From a virus (taxonomy: Duplodnaviria > Caudoviricetes), in the IMG/VR virus record IMGVR_UViG_3300038460_000023, positions 1 through 55,841 of that record: DNA of 55,841 bases; one strand, written 5' to 3'. The notes beneath the pieces were generated by a model. That model was not told the DNA's origin, made no database searches, and was given only the letters and a program-made list of their open reading frames with translations. Made by a program: the position numbers and the translations under genes. Of this stretch, positions 1 through 11,900 are shown piece after piece (positions within the stretch are counted from its first letter, which is position 1; each line of letters opens with the position of its first letter).

Positions 1-732
1 GTTACCGGTATAAACCCAGTTTCATTAGGATCTCAGCCAAATGAAAAACAAGGATTAGGCCAGACCGAGATTTCAATTCAGAATACCACTAAGATATTAA
101 GGCCAATTGTCGATGCAATTTTTAGTGTAAAGACAGGATCGGCAGAATTTTTATCCGGAGCTATTAGGTTGGCAGTTAGGAATGACGTAGATTGTCGCAA
201 GGCTTATATTCCCGTAGTTGGGAATAACGATGTAGATGCGTTGGCAAATAGTGATTATGACTCTCGCCAGCTTGGAATACGGCTTATTCCACGTCCGACA
301 ACCGAAGAGTTACAGAGCTTGTATCGTGATATTGAGACAGCATCCATGCCCGGCAAGGACGGTAAACCTCTTATTCGTTTTGATGTCAAGCTTTATATTA
401 AAGAGAAATTGATGAGAGGGGCCAATATAAGTGATATTAGACTTTATTTGTCAAATGCAATTGATAAGGAACTTGATCGTCAGGAAAAAGAAAAGCAAGC
501 CGCAATTCAATCTCAGGGTCAGCAGAACGCTCAGCTCGAACAAATAAAATCACAAACTGCTGCTCAGAATATGCAGATGAATATTAAGGCTCAACTTATG
601 ATTGAAGATAAGAAACATGAGCATAATATGGATCTTGAGCAGTTGAAGCAAGGCATGGAGCGATATAAAATTGATCAGGAGAGTAAGATGAAAGAACAAG
701 AATCTAATAGTATGCAAAATGCCGGACAATAA
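1..732 (+). CDS. Portal protein, C-terminal part (5'-truncated by the window edge)
   Basis: Frame 1 is open from base 1 (VTGINPVSLGSQPNEKQGLGQTEISIQN...), a portal-type TGIN..G motif. It has a Q/E-rich coiled C-terminus and lies upstream of the scaffold/MCP genes. Confidence 0.75.
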   Translation, partial: VTGINPVSLGSQPNEKQGLGQTEISIQNTTKILRPIVDAIFSVKTGSAEFLSGAIRLAVRNDVDCRKAYIPVVGNNDVDALANSDYDSRQLGIRLIPRPTTEELQSLYRDIETASMPGKDGKPLIRFDVKLYIKEKLMRGANISDIRLYLSNAIDKELDRQEKEKQAAIQSQGQQNAQLEQIKSQTAAQNMQMNIKAQLMIEDKKHEHNMDLEQLKQGMERYKIDQESKMKEQESNSMQNAGQ

Positions 733-1687
733 AAAACATAAAGATCCACAGGTTGATAAATTTGTGAAAGACCATCCTGAATATGAGCCTTTTTTTCAAA
801 GTAATCCTATTCCGGAAAGTAAAATATCCGAGAATCCTAAATTTGAAGATTACAATAATTTTGTAGATAGAAACGAGGGTTATTTAAGGGACAAATCGGA
901 GCTATATAATTTTGGGCAAAAACTTAACACTGAACTTGAAAAAAAGAATCCTAAACTGTATAAAGATTTGATGTCTAAATATGGTTGGGACGAATCGAAA
1001 CCATTGTCTCCTAAAACCAGGGTAACCGGCGCTGAAAAATTTGCAGAAAAGAATCCGGACTTTTACCTATCTCCCGATGAGCAAAAAAAAGTACTTGGCG
1101 AAGATTGGGATAAATACGTAGGCTTAAGAGGAAAGTACGGAAAGGATCTTCAATTGATCGGAGAAGGCGACGATCCTAATAAGCCAGAGACATGGAAGGC
1201 TGGCGCGAGACATTCTGTAGCTTTTAATCCGGCATCTTCCACATTAACTGTAGAGCCGGCAGAAACAAATAAGCAATATAAGGATACAAGTACTTTCAAA
1301 AGAGTCGAAAAGTACAATCCAGAATCTGAAGATAAATATACAGGTTATACTATGTACAGCAATATAAATCCTGAAGATCCTTCTAAAAATACACCTCAGA
1401 CTTATGTCAGAAGGTTATCAAAAGTTATTTCAGGTTACGACCCGTCTACGACTAAAAATACTGATGAGGGGGTTGTCTTTAAAGATCCAGGATGGAATTT
1501 TTATAAAGTGTATGATGATGGGACTCGCGAACCAATAGATGAGAGTAGTTACAAAACCATGAAGCAGTTTAATAATCTCCCTCAGCATATAAAAAATAAA
1601 TATGTCGAAGAGTTAGATCCGAGCACACTTGAAGGTGAAAATAAAAAGATTGCAGATCAAAAAATGTCAGTTTTAAAAAATAAATAG
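719..1687 (+). CDS. Hypothetical protein (322 aa, K/D/E-rich)
   Basis: Long ORF overlapping the portal stop; no recognised motif. Confidence 0.75.
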   Translation: MPDNKKHKDPQVDKFVKDHPEYEPFFQSNPIPESKISENPKFEDYNNFVDRNEGYLRDKSELYNFGQKLNTELEKKNPKLYKDLMSKYGWDESKPLSPKTRVTGAEKFAEKNPDFYLSPDEQKKVLGEDWDKYVGLRGKYGKDLQLIGEGDDPNKPETWKAGARHSVAFNPASSTLTVEPAETNKQYKDTSTFKRVEKYNPESEDKYTGYTMYSNINPEDPSKNTPQTYVRRLSKVISGYDPSTTKNTDEGVVFKDPGWNFYKVYDDGTREPIDESSYKTMKQFNNLPQHIKNKYVEELDPSTLEGENKKIADQKMSVLKNK

Positions 1688-1688
1688 C

Positions 1689-1979
1689 ATGATCATATCA
1701 TTAGTGAGAGTTAAGTCGGGTCAAGAATGTAAGTATTATATAAAATTGGACAGTGATTATATTGCCGATCCAAGGTTTATTTATAAATATTTAAAAGAAG
1801 CTGATGAGAGATTCTCGCACATAAGAGAAGTTATTTCTAAGTTCGGAGAAATTGATTATCAAATATCTTCGTCTGTCAATGTAGATGAGGAAGTTGAAAT
1901 TAAAAGTATAGAAGTTTGCAAGGGAGATAACTTAACAGTAAACAGTAAAGTACCAGGAAGATTTCTGGCAAGCCGATAA
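1689..1979 (+). CDS. Hypothetical protein
   Basis: Starts 1 nt after the upstream stop; 96 aa. Confidence 0.6.
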   Translation: MIISLVRVKSGQECKYYIKLDSDYIADPRFIYKYLKEADERFSHIREVISKFGEIDYQISSSVNVDEEVEIKSIEVCKGDNLTVNSKVPGRFLASR

Positions 1980-1993
1980 TTATTTATAAAAAA

Positions 1994-2030
1994 TATGATA
2001 AAAATCATAAAAAAATATATGTTAACTTTG
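1994..2030 (+). promoter_or_regulatory. Late promoter: palindrome TATGATAAAAATCATA, 13 nt, then Bacteroidota -7 box TAACTTTG
   Basis: TAnnTTTG at 2023-2030; the same architecture recurs at 5880-5916. Confidence 0.6.
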
Positions 2031-2053
2031 TGTCGAGAAACTAAATAAAAATT

Positions 2054-3247
2054 ATGGACGATATTGTTCAAGCTTTTAAGGAAGCATATCCTCAAAAACA
2101 TGATAAAACCGATACTACAGTACCCGGTAGTGTTCCTGCTGATGTTAATTCCAATATTAGCGTTACTGCTACCGATTCTATTCCTGCTCCTGTCGTTCCC
2201 GATCCTTCTAAAGACCCTGTTGAAACTTTTGATCCTTCTGAATTTAATACTAAATACGGTAAGAAGTTCGGTAGAGAGATTAAGGAAGAAAAAGAGCTTC
2301 AGGAATTATTCTCAGCTCCAACAAGAATAACTGAGTATGAAAACAAAGTAAAAAATTTAGAATCAGAACACGGCCTAACTAAAAAGCAATTTGAAGATTT
2401 GCAGGCCAAGTATGAATCTGAAAAAGAATCTTTAAAATTTGTTGATTTACGAAAATATGTCGGCGAAGATTTATTAAGAATTAGTGAGATGAGAAAGAAA
2501 TATCCAGATAAAGATATTTCAATAATGACATCTATTAGTAATATAGATCTTGAAAAAGCAGACACCGTTGATTTGCTTATAAAACAAGCCCGATTAAATG
2601 ATCCTGATGTTTATAAAGGAATGGATGATTCCGATGTTAGGGAGGTTGTGGCTGATAGGTTTGGCAGTGCAGATCTTACCGATCCCGAATCGTGGGACAA
2701 TGTAACGAAAGCAAAAATTGCAAAAGCCGGCAAAGAAGCTCGGATCGAGTTTAAGGCTTTGCAAGATGTTGAGTTACCAGCTACGATCGATGTCGAAAAA
2801 GAAAGACAGAGTATTCTTTCCAAAGAAGCTGTGCGTATCGAACAATCTAAGCAATCATGGTCGCCTATTGTCGATAAAATGGTAGCTAATTTTACCGAAT
2901 TGATTATTCCGGATGAAGACGGCAAGGAGTTGTATAAATACATTCCTGAAGTAAGCGATTCTTTCAAAACCGAAGTCTCCAGGTATGTTGATTTTTTAGC
3001 CTATACCGGGCAGCCCATCAATGAGAATACTATTACTGATGTGTTGGAAGGAATTAAAGGCAGATACATAGCAAGAGAGCTTCCTAAGATAATGAAGAGT
3101 CACGCTACGCAGGTTGCAACTAAATTAAACGATGAATGGCACGCCAAGGTTAACAATGACGTTCCGTTATCGGATAAAACCAAGCCTATATCTAAGGATG
3201 GTAATATTTGGGATAAGATGGCCGCAAAACTTAATTCAGTAATGTAA
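2054..3247 (+). CDS. Putative capsid scaffolding/assembly protein
   Basis: Acidic, disordered N-terminus plus coiled coil, directly upstream of the MCP as in crAss-like gene order. Confidence 0.6.
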   Translation: MDDIVQAFKEAYPQKHDKTDTTVPGSVPADVNSNISVTATDSIPAPVVPDPSKDPVETFDPSEFNTKYGKKFGREIKEEKELQELFSAPTRITEYENKVKNLESEHGLTKKQFEDLQAKYESEKESLKFVDLRKYVGEDLLRISEMRKKYPDKDISIMTSISNIDLEKADTVDLLIKQARLNDPDVYKGMDDSDVREVVADRFGSADLTDPESWDNVTKAKIAKAGKEARIEFKALQDVELPATIDVEKERQSILSKEAVRIEQSKQSWSPIVDKMVANFTELIIPDEDGKELYKYIPEVSDSFKTEVSRYVDFLAYTGQPINENTITDVLEGIKGRYIARELPKIMKSHATQVATKLNDEWHAKVNNDVPLSDKTKPISKDGNIWDKMAAKLNSVM

Positions 3248-3265
3248 TTTTAAAAAAAATTAATC

Positions 3266-4726
3266 ATGGCTCTAACAGTTCCTACGAGTTTTTCAGCGAG
3301 AGGTCAATGGACGAACCTTTGGCAATCGCTTTATGCATTTGAAAAAGCTCCACAGGTGTGGAAGAAAATATACAAACAGTACGGTCATTTATTCGACATT
3401 TTTGATTTTATTGATTTGATGGGAGAAACCATCGACATTAAAGGCGATACGTTGAATATTTTTGAACAGTATGCTTACGAACGCCCAATTACTATTGGCA
3501 CAGGTGGTATCGCAACTGGTGCTGCTGGCGCAGATATTACTTTCAAGCTTGACGCTGGCGATTATGACGCTCAGGGTAATGGTCCGATAAATATCGGGGA
3601 AAGCTTTTTAATTCCCGGTTTATACACCACCGATACTTCTCAAGATTATTTATATCGTCTTATGAGCGAAGATACCGGTGTGGCCGCCAATAAAATTTAT
3701 ACCGCTACTCCTCATAATAAAGCAGGTACAAATTTCACTGCCGCTAGAATAACAACCGCTGTTCCTGCTGGAACCAAGTTAATGGTTGCTGGTGATTCAT
3801 GGGCCCTTGGTACAGATCAGCCAAAAGGTAAAACTAACGGTTCTTTTGAACGTCAGTATTACACTATGCTATCTAAATCTACTTTTGATATGGGAGGTGG
3901 ACTTCTTTATCAAGAAAATTATTTGGATAATGTTCCATTGAAGGGTGGAGCTGGTGTTGGTCGTTTTAACGCCGCATCTGTTCAGATGGAATTCGAGCAT
4001 AACCGAAAGATTAATTACAACATTTGGATGGGCCAGGAAGCTGACAATACTACATTTGTAATGAATGACGCTTATGGTAATAGTGTTCCAATTAAAGCTC
4101 AACGTGGATTCTTACAATGGCTCCAGAAACTTGCCCTTAAAAAGACTTATGCCGATAAATTTGAGGTAAATGATTTCGACGACATTAAATCCCTTATGAT
4201 TTCTGTCGGTGTATCAGCTCAGGAAATGTTCTTTGGAATGGGTGATTTATTATATGCCAATCTTGAAAACTCCGGATATAACTTCATTAAAGAAAATTCA
4301 TCGGCCACTGATATTATGAAGAGGCTTGATGAAGTTGGTGTTGACTTCCGGATATTCACAAAGCTTAATTTCCGTTATATTCTTAAAGAGATTGGAAACT
4401 TAAGCAATCCTGCCGGTATGGGACTTTCTGCTTATGGTGAACGTTACCGTTCAATGGGCTTCATTGTTCCTATGGGTGAAAATCCAGTAACTATAGAAGG
4501 TGGCGGCCCGAATGTAGACAAGAAGGTTAAGATTTCCAGCTTGATGATCGGATACCCAAATCACAACGGCGAAAGTCGCGCAAGGGTTGTTGGTTATCTG
4601 AACGGTATGACCGGACAGAATCTTCCTATCGTACAGTCTACCGATACTGTTAAAGGTATGATGTTATCTGAATATATGTTTGTTCCAACGAGTGTTCAGA
4701 AGATGGTTTTGGTAAATAAATTATAG
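3266..4726 (+). CDS. Major capsid protein (HK97 fold, crAss-like type)
   Basis: 486 aa, follows the scaffold-like gene, has a 'RGFLQW' capsid-like motif, and is followed by a terminator. Confidence 0.75.
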   Translation: MALTVPTSFSARGQWTNLWQSLYAFEKAPQVWKKIYKQYGHLFDIFDFIDLMGETIDIKGDTLNIFEQYAYERPITIGTGGIATGAAGADITFKLDAGDYDAQGNGPINIGESFLIPGLYTTDTSQDYLYRLMSEDTGVAANKIYTATPHNKAGTNFTAARITTAVPAGTKLMVAGDSWALGTDQPKGKTNGSFERQYYTMLSKSTFDMGGGLLYQENYLDNVPLKGGAGVGRFNAASVQMEFEHNRKINYNIWMGQEADNTTFVMNDAYGNSVPIKAQRGFLQWLQKLALKKTYADKFEVNDFDDIKSLMISVGVSAQEMFFGMGDLLYANLENSGYNFIKENSSATDIMKRLDEVGVDFRIFTKLNFRYILKEIGNLSNPAGMGLSAYGERYRSMGFIVPMGENPVTIEGGGPNVDKKVKISSLMIGYPNHNGESRARVVGYLNGMTGQNLPIVQSTDTVKGMMLSEYMFVPTSVQKMVLVNKL

Positions 4727-4737
4727 AATATAAAATC

Positions 4738-4766
4738 AAAAGGGAGGGTAAATATCCTCCCTTTTT
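4738..4766 (+). terminator. Intrinsic terminator after the MCP gene
   Basis: AGGGAGG...CCTCCCT stem followed by a T-run. Confidence 0.75.
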
Positions 4767-4789
4767 AGTTAAACTGTAAAACTATAAAT

Positions 4790-5824
4790 ATGCTGTATTG
4801 TAATGAAGAAATAGTAAGACTAAAAGATGATGAATGGAAGTTTCTGGAACCGGAATTTGCAAAGATCCGGAAGATGAAAAATCCTATTCGGATCAAGTCT
4901 ACTGCAAAAGTTGAAATAAATAGAACCGGAATACCGGAACCCATTCCCTCCCACATGTGGCCCCTTCAGGCTACAGTAGCTAATAAAAATGGAGAATCTG
5001 AAACTTGGATGTATGCAAAAAGCACTCCAAAACTAAAAGACGGCAAGCTTGACTTTACCGAACGGTCTATTTTTATTCAAAAAGGAGACCTAGCGCTTGA
5101 TCCTATAAAGCAAACCGACCTTGCTTATTTTGTCATGAATTTAAGTGGCATTTTAAAAACAGGACTCTATGAAGTCGAAGATCTTGACAAGAAAAACACT
5201 GAGGCGGTTGAGAAACTTGGCGAAAATGCAGCGCTTGATTTTTATCTTTGCAGTAAATTAAGCCCTCTTTATGATGATCATAAAAAATTGAAACAGCTCG
5301 CCGCTTCATGGGGGATTGCAAATTCAGATCTTTTACATATCGATACACTCAAGAAAAATTTGCTTGATCGGGTTTATGAGTACCATAAAAATTACAGTGT
5401 GACAAAACGAGGCATCGAAGAATTCGTAGCTGAAGTGAATGGCGAAGACGTATTCTCCGAGTACAGATCTTTGGTTCAGTTGGCTAAAGATAAACAGGTT
5501 ATCGGATGGAATAACAAGGATAAGGGATGGTATTTTTTGGACTCTACGACTAAAGATTTCATTCAACCTATTGTTTTTGTCCCAGTCGTAAGTTTGTCGC
5601 AGAAAGACAATTTATTGTTTGATGCTATTCGGAATAATGCCCAGTTATTTGAAACTATAAAGCAAGTTATATATGCGGGTCCACAAGGCAAGTACGCAAG
5701 TCTTGGTTGGTCTGACCTTAAAAAAATGGCAAAGGACCGTGAAATAAACACCTATGGTATGAAACAGGAAGACATCATAGAGGCCCTTGTGCAGCTAGAT
5801 GCCTTAAAAGGAACGGCAGTTTGA
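4790..5824 (+). CDS. Hypothetical protein with C-terminal Rho-N/HeH-like helical motif
   Basis: C-terminus LGWSDLKKMAKDREINTYGMKQEDIIEAL; sits directly after the MCP. Confidence 0.6.
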   Translation: MLYCNEEIVRLKDDEWKFLEPEFAKIRKMKNPIRIKSTAKVEINRTGIPEPIPSHMWPLQATVANKNGESETWMYAKSTPKLKDGKLDFTERSIFIQKGDLALDPIKQTDLAYFVMNLSGILKTGLYEVEDLDKKNTEAVEKLGENAALDFYLCSKLSPLYDDHKKLKQLAASWGIANSDLLHIDTLKKNLLDRVYEYHKNYSVTKRGIEEFVAEVNGEDVFSEYRSLVQLAKDKQVIGWNNKDKGWYFLDSTTKDFIQPIVFVPVVSLSQKDNLLFDAIRNNAQLFETIKQVIYAGPQGKYASLGWSDLKKMAKDREINTYGMKQEDIIEALVQLDALKGTAV

Positions 5825-5849
5825 TAGTTTCTCGGTTTAGTTTGGTTTT

Positions 5850-5880
5850 ATCCCCAGTATTTACACACTGGGGATTTTTT
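5850..5880 (+). terminator. Intrinsic terminator
   Basis: ATCCCCAGT...ACTGGGGAT stem followed by TTTTT. Confidence 0.8.
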
Positions 5881-5916
5881 ATGATATAAATCATAATTTA
5901 AAATTATGTAAATTTG
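5880..5916 (+). promoter_or_regulatory. Late promoter: palindrome TATGATATAAATCATA, 13 nt, then TAAATTTG
   Basis: Same motif and spacing as 1994-2030. Confidence 0.6.
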
Positions 5917-5931
5917 TAAAAACGAAAATTA

Positions 5932-8900
5932 ATGATTACGCTTAGTTTTAGTACTGTATTTGATGTAGTCCAGCGAAAATTTAAGATACAAGATACGTCT
6001 AACTATTCTGGTCAGGGAGTTTCGTTAGCCAATGTTAAGGGTGTTATTAAAATGACATCTCCTAGAGGTGTCATATACGATAATACCAACTATTTAGCTC
6101 CAGATGTAAATCCAAGTGTAAGTTTATCGTCAGGGTATATAAATTTACCTGTAAATGCCTTAGGATTTGTATTGGCAGGTGTTTACACAGTAGATTACCA
6201 CGTTCTTTATTCGGTAGATGGTTCTATATCTACAATTAGTCATACATATTCTTATTCGTTTATAGTCCCGGCGATAGATATAACCCAAACAGCGGACGGG
6301 TATAATTCTGTATTTTCCTCTGTTGACAGTAGTGTGTATGGATCATACGCTAGTATATCGAGAACTCATATAGTAACTCCTCCGGTAGGTAGTCCGTTGT
6401 CTGTAGTTTCAAATAGCAACCAAACCATAAGTTATGCTCCAAATATATGGAGCGGTATATGGACTAGTCAAATTACGACTGTCCTAACCTACGTGATGGG
6501 CGATGGGCTTATTATTAACGCTACGCTCACCGCTACAAAAACAGTGACAGCGTATCTTAATGATATGAATGTTATCAGAGGTTATATTGAAAATTTCAAA
6601 ATACTTTTTGATCAGGCCAGAGCTTCAAACAAGGAATTAGCGTACAGAATAGAAATATCATTAACAAAAATAAATACTGCATATTCTGAATATGATTTAG
6701 CTTTATTTTATAATGATTTACTAACTGCGTACCTCAGGACTGTAGATATAGTAAAAGAGTTGAGCGACTATGTTACCATAACCTTTCCGGCCCAGATAAT
6801 TCCATTTGTGAATAATACTGGAGGATCATCACATCCGCCAGTATCCATATCATCTCCCCCGTATGGTGTAAGTATAAATTCATCCCAGGTTTTAACATTT
6901 AGCTTAGCCACTACCTCAAGTGGGGGCATGTTAACTGCGTTAAGTGGTAACGTTACGGATTACTTGGGCGGAGATGGAAATTTTCATGCATTTAGCTCCA
7001 GTGGATATGCTCTTAAGTCAGATTTTACCGATTACGCTTCAGTTACGGCCATTACAGGAGCTAATATAACGAACTGGCAAACTGCATTTGGATGGGGTAA
7101 TCATGCATCCGCCGGGTACGCATTAGCTGCAAATGTTTATACTAAGACTAATCTCCAGACTTCGGGCCAAGCCTCCGTTCATTGGGGAAATATAACTAAT
7201 CATCCTACTACTATTTCCGGTTATGGAATCACAGATGCCATGGTCGGAAATTCCCCGATAACGGGCGCCACTCATACTAAGATATCGTATGATTCCAAAG
7301 GCTTGGTGACTGGAGGTGTAGATTTGTCAGCGTCGGATATTCCTGCATTGCCATGGAGCAAAATCACATCTGGAATTCCTACTACTATAGCTGGGTACGG
7401 AATTACGAATGCTTATACAAAGACAGAGGTTGATAATAAGACTTGGCTTTGGAGCGCGATCACCTCTACCCCTACTACCATATTGGGATATGGAATAACC
7501 AATGTTTATACAAAGACCGAGGTTGACGCTAAGACTTGGGTCTGGAGTGTAATTACATCTACTCCGACGACCTTGGCCGGATATGGTATTACGGATGCCT
7601 TGTCAACATCGTCCCCGGCCGCAAGTGTCATTAACACTGGAACTGGAAGTCAATTTTTAGCTGACGATGGTACTTATAAGCCCATAACCTTGTCTGCCGG
7701 ATTGGACACCCAAGTTGTATATATAAACGGGACGGTACCGTCAGGAGATACTAATTTACTATTTGATAATGTAAATAAAAGGCTGACTGTAGATCAAATA
7801 GTATCTATTACTCATTATGTAGAAAATTTAACCACTTATATATCAAAAGATGTTTCTAATAATATGGTATTTACTGATGCCATATCAGGATCAGTAACAT
7901 TAGCGTCTTTAATAAGTGGAGCTACGAATTTTTGGGCCTCAATGTCTGGGGGTATATATTATTCAGGATTTGTAGGGGTAAATTCCCCGTTAACTTTAGA
8001 CGAAGCATTAACGGTAAACGGAAATATAGAGGCTACTTATTTTAATAGTTCATATTTAAGATATAAAAATGGTAATTTATTATTAGGTCCAAATGCCGGT
8101 GACAATGAGACCGGGAATGATAAATTATATATTCATAATACAAATACAAGTACACCGTTAATATACGGAGAGTTTTCAAATAGACTTCTGACCTTTAATG
8201 CCGATCTTACATTCCCGACTTCGCATCGTGTATTATTTAGATCTGCGGTAAATAGTATAATGGCCGACTCTTCAAATAATATTACGTTTCAAGATGGGGT
8301 AGCCAACACCGGGTCTCCGGTAAAACTGGTTCAGTTAATGGATGGTACGTACAGTGCTTTAAAATCAGATTTTACAGATTACGCAGCCGTAATATCTATA
8401 ACTGCTGGAAATAAAACTACCTGGAATAAGGCTTCAGTTATAGTAACTGGTGGCGCAGGTAATCAATATTTAGCAGATGATGGGACTTATCAAACCATTC
8501 CATTCGCTCCATTTACTGATGATTTTGCAAAGTTTGATACCACAAATATAAATTACAGGTTTTATACCGATAAAACTGAGGCCGGAGGTGTGTCCAGCGC
8601 TGGAAAATTATATAAAGGAACCACTGATCCAACTGCTACGAATAGAGTTAATTATGATGGTTATTTTTATGCTACAGCTATATACAGTAACGGATCGTTG
8701 GTTAATACTCATGCCGAGGTAACTATTGGTACCGCAAATGGATTAAGTATAGCTACAGGGCAGGTATTATCCCTTGGATTATCATCGTCGTCAACCAATG
8801 GAGCGTTGTCTTCTACAGATTGGTCTACATTTAATACTAAATATTCTGGACTACCATCGCAAACAGGTCATAATGGTAATTATTTAACAACCAACGGCAC

Positions 8901-11900
8901 TACCGAAAGTTGGGTAGCTATAGCTGATGGTATATTACAATGGACCGGGGCATCATATACTCCATTTACTTCTCAAGTAAGCGGATCATTCGATAGTAGT
9001 ACAACTGATCCTATCCATACTACTAGACTTAATTATGACGGAGATTTTTGGGTAAATAAATCTTCATATAAAGAAGCAGATTGGATTGGTGGTAATGTAA
9101 TTTATGTTCCTATAGATGGAGATATTCAAACCTATGTAAATAATGCCGTAGCTGGAGACACCTTAATATTAGCGAGTGGTGAATACACTATAACTAGCGG
9201 TATAACTATAAACAAGGCGTTAAATATTGTTGGGCAAGGCAATGCAGGGTATTACACAATACCTTCTGCTGCTGGGCATGGCACTTTAATACAAAGCTCT
9301 AGTATTTCTGGTCTTCTTTGTTTTAGCATACAAAGTACAAATGTAAGGTTGGCGCATTTGTCAATAAATTTAACAGGTGGCGACAGCACAGGGATAACAA
9401 CTTCAAACAATTTAGACGGTATTGTCTTAACCAATGTAGATGTAATTGTAAATTGCTCTGGATTAGCACAGGGAATTATGCTATATGGTTCAAATGCCGT
9501 ATTAAGGAATATAACATTTTACGTCATTTCGGCAGATAGCGATGCGATAGGGCTGTATTTTTATAATAATACTTTAACAACCGGGCCCTCTGTTTGTGAT
9601 TGTTTTTCCGTAACAGGGATAGTGCAATCAGGGACCGGGGGAGATAATGGATGGTGCTTTTATGCTGATAATTCAAATTGTTCTCAAACTCTTACGTTAA
9701 ATTTATCCACTTCTGTTTGTAAGGCACTCCCAGGCGGAGCAACAACGAATATTGCAGTAGCATCAACTTCTTCTGTTACAAACAATTCAATAGTAAATGC
9801 TTATTTCTGCACTCTTGAAGGCGCAGATTATGATGCCTATCAGACTGGAACAAATCAATTAAATGTAGGCGGATCAGTACTCGTCAATGATCTGATATTT
9901 GGTACTATTACCTACAGAGCGAGAATGACCGCTAATAATCTTACAACTTCTGTTTTAAAAACATCTGGATCAACACAAAATGACGGATATTTTTATACAG
10001 GTACGGTCGTTCCTATTCATACCACAAGGCTTAATTACGATGGGGATCTTTACGTTAAAGATTTGTATTCAAGTGGATTTGTAAATATAAATACAAATGG
10101 AGATGCTATATCCATAAATACATTTAAAGCTTCTGGACTAGCCGGGAATAATTTTTTTATTGGAAATGGCGGGGCCAGTGCGAGTGGTACGGGATCTCAA
10201 GGATCGTACAATTTAGGAATAGGGACAGGTGCATTATTATCGGTAACAACAGGTCATGATAATGTCGCTGTAGGGTATCAAGCATTATCGTCTGCTACTA
10301 CCGCATTCTATAGTACGGCAATCGGAGTTGGAGCCCTTAAAAGCTTAACTACATTTAGTTATAGTACTGCTGTCGGATATCATGCTGCATACAATGTTTC
10401 CACGGGAGGCTCTACCGTAGCTGTTGGATATGAAGCGCTACTTACAAATATTTCTGGAAGTTATAATACTGCCGTAGGTACATGGGCGCTTAGAGCGACT
10501 ACGAATGGCAATAATACCGCTGTTGGATATAGCGCCATGCTTGTGAGCGATGGTTCTAATAATGTTTCCATAGGCTCTAATTCAATGCTAGCCCATATTA
10601 GCGGGAGTAGTAATGTTGCGGTTGGATTTCAGGCTCTTAAAGGGTTAATAACGGGAAGCGCATCTGTCGCTATTGGAAATAATGCCTTGTTAGTGTCCAC
10701 TGCCGGGGGTAATACCGCTGTAGGTTCGCAGTCATTGACCGCCAATACAACAGGTAGTGATAATGTCGGGCTTGGAGTTTTATCATTATTTTCAAACACA
10801 ACAGGAGCCGGAAATTTAGGAATAGGCACCAATGCCTTGCATGATAATATAACTTCGGGAGCAAATGTAGCCCTTGGCATAAATTCATTATATAGCATAA
10901 CCGGGAACGACAATGTTGCTATTGGGTATAATTCGGGAAGATGGATTACCGGAGGTTCTACTGCTAATATCACGTCAACTACATCTGTTTATATTGGTTC
11001 ATCCACCAAGGCATTGGTCGATGGTGGGGTAAATGAAATAGTAATAGGGTATAATGCAGTAGGTAACGGATCTAATTCATTTACATTTGGAACTTCAGTC
11101 ATAGTTAAGAGTATACTTTATGGAAACGTAGGGATTGGAATAGTTCCAGGTACAGGTTCTGAAAAATTAGAAGTTGCCGGAAATATTATTTCAAAAGGAA
11201 TAGTTTGGACTTCCCGTACGAGCGCGGTAGACAATGATTGGCGCTCTGTCGCCTACGGCAATGGCCTTTTCGTAGCCGTAAGTTCCAGCGGTACCGGCAA
11301 TCGCGTGATGACTTCTCCCGATGGAATTAACTGGACCTCCCGTACGAGCGCGGCGGATAATAACTGGGAATCCGTTGCTTATGGAAATGGTATATTTGTA
11401 GCTGTAAGCGACTCCGGTACCGGAAATCGAATAATGATTTCTCTTGATGGTATAAGCTGGGCCTCTCGCACGAGCGCAGTAGATAACAATTGGAATTCAG
11501 TAGCCTATGGCGGCGGTATTTTCGTAGCGGTAAGTAGTACCGGTACCGGAAACCGAGTAATGACTTCTTCCGATGGGGTAAATTGGGTATCCCGCACTAG
11601 CGCAGCAGATAATGGATGGCTTTCCGTCACCTATGGAAATGGTCTTTTCGTAGCTGTAAGCCAAGACGGAACCGGAAATAGAGTAATGAGTTCCCCTGAC
11701 GGTATAACCTGGACCTCTCGTACGAGTGCGGCTGATAATATATGGAATTCCGTGACCTATGGCAACGGTCTTTTCGTAGCAGTAAGTTCAAGTGGAACCG
11801 GAAATAGGGTTATGACCTCTCCCAATGGAATAACATGGACCTCTCGTACCGATTCAGTAGGAAATAACTGGGCATCAATAACGTATGGAAATAGACTATT

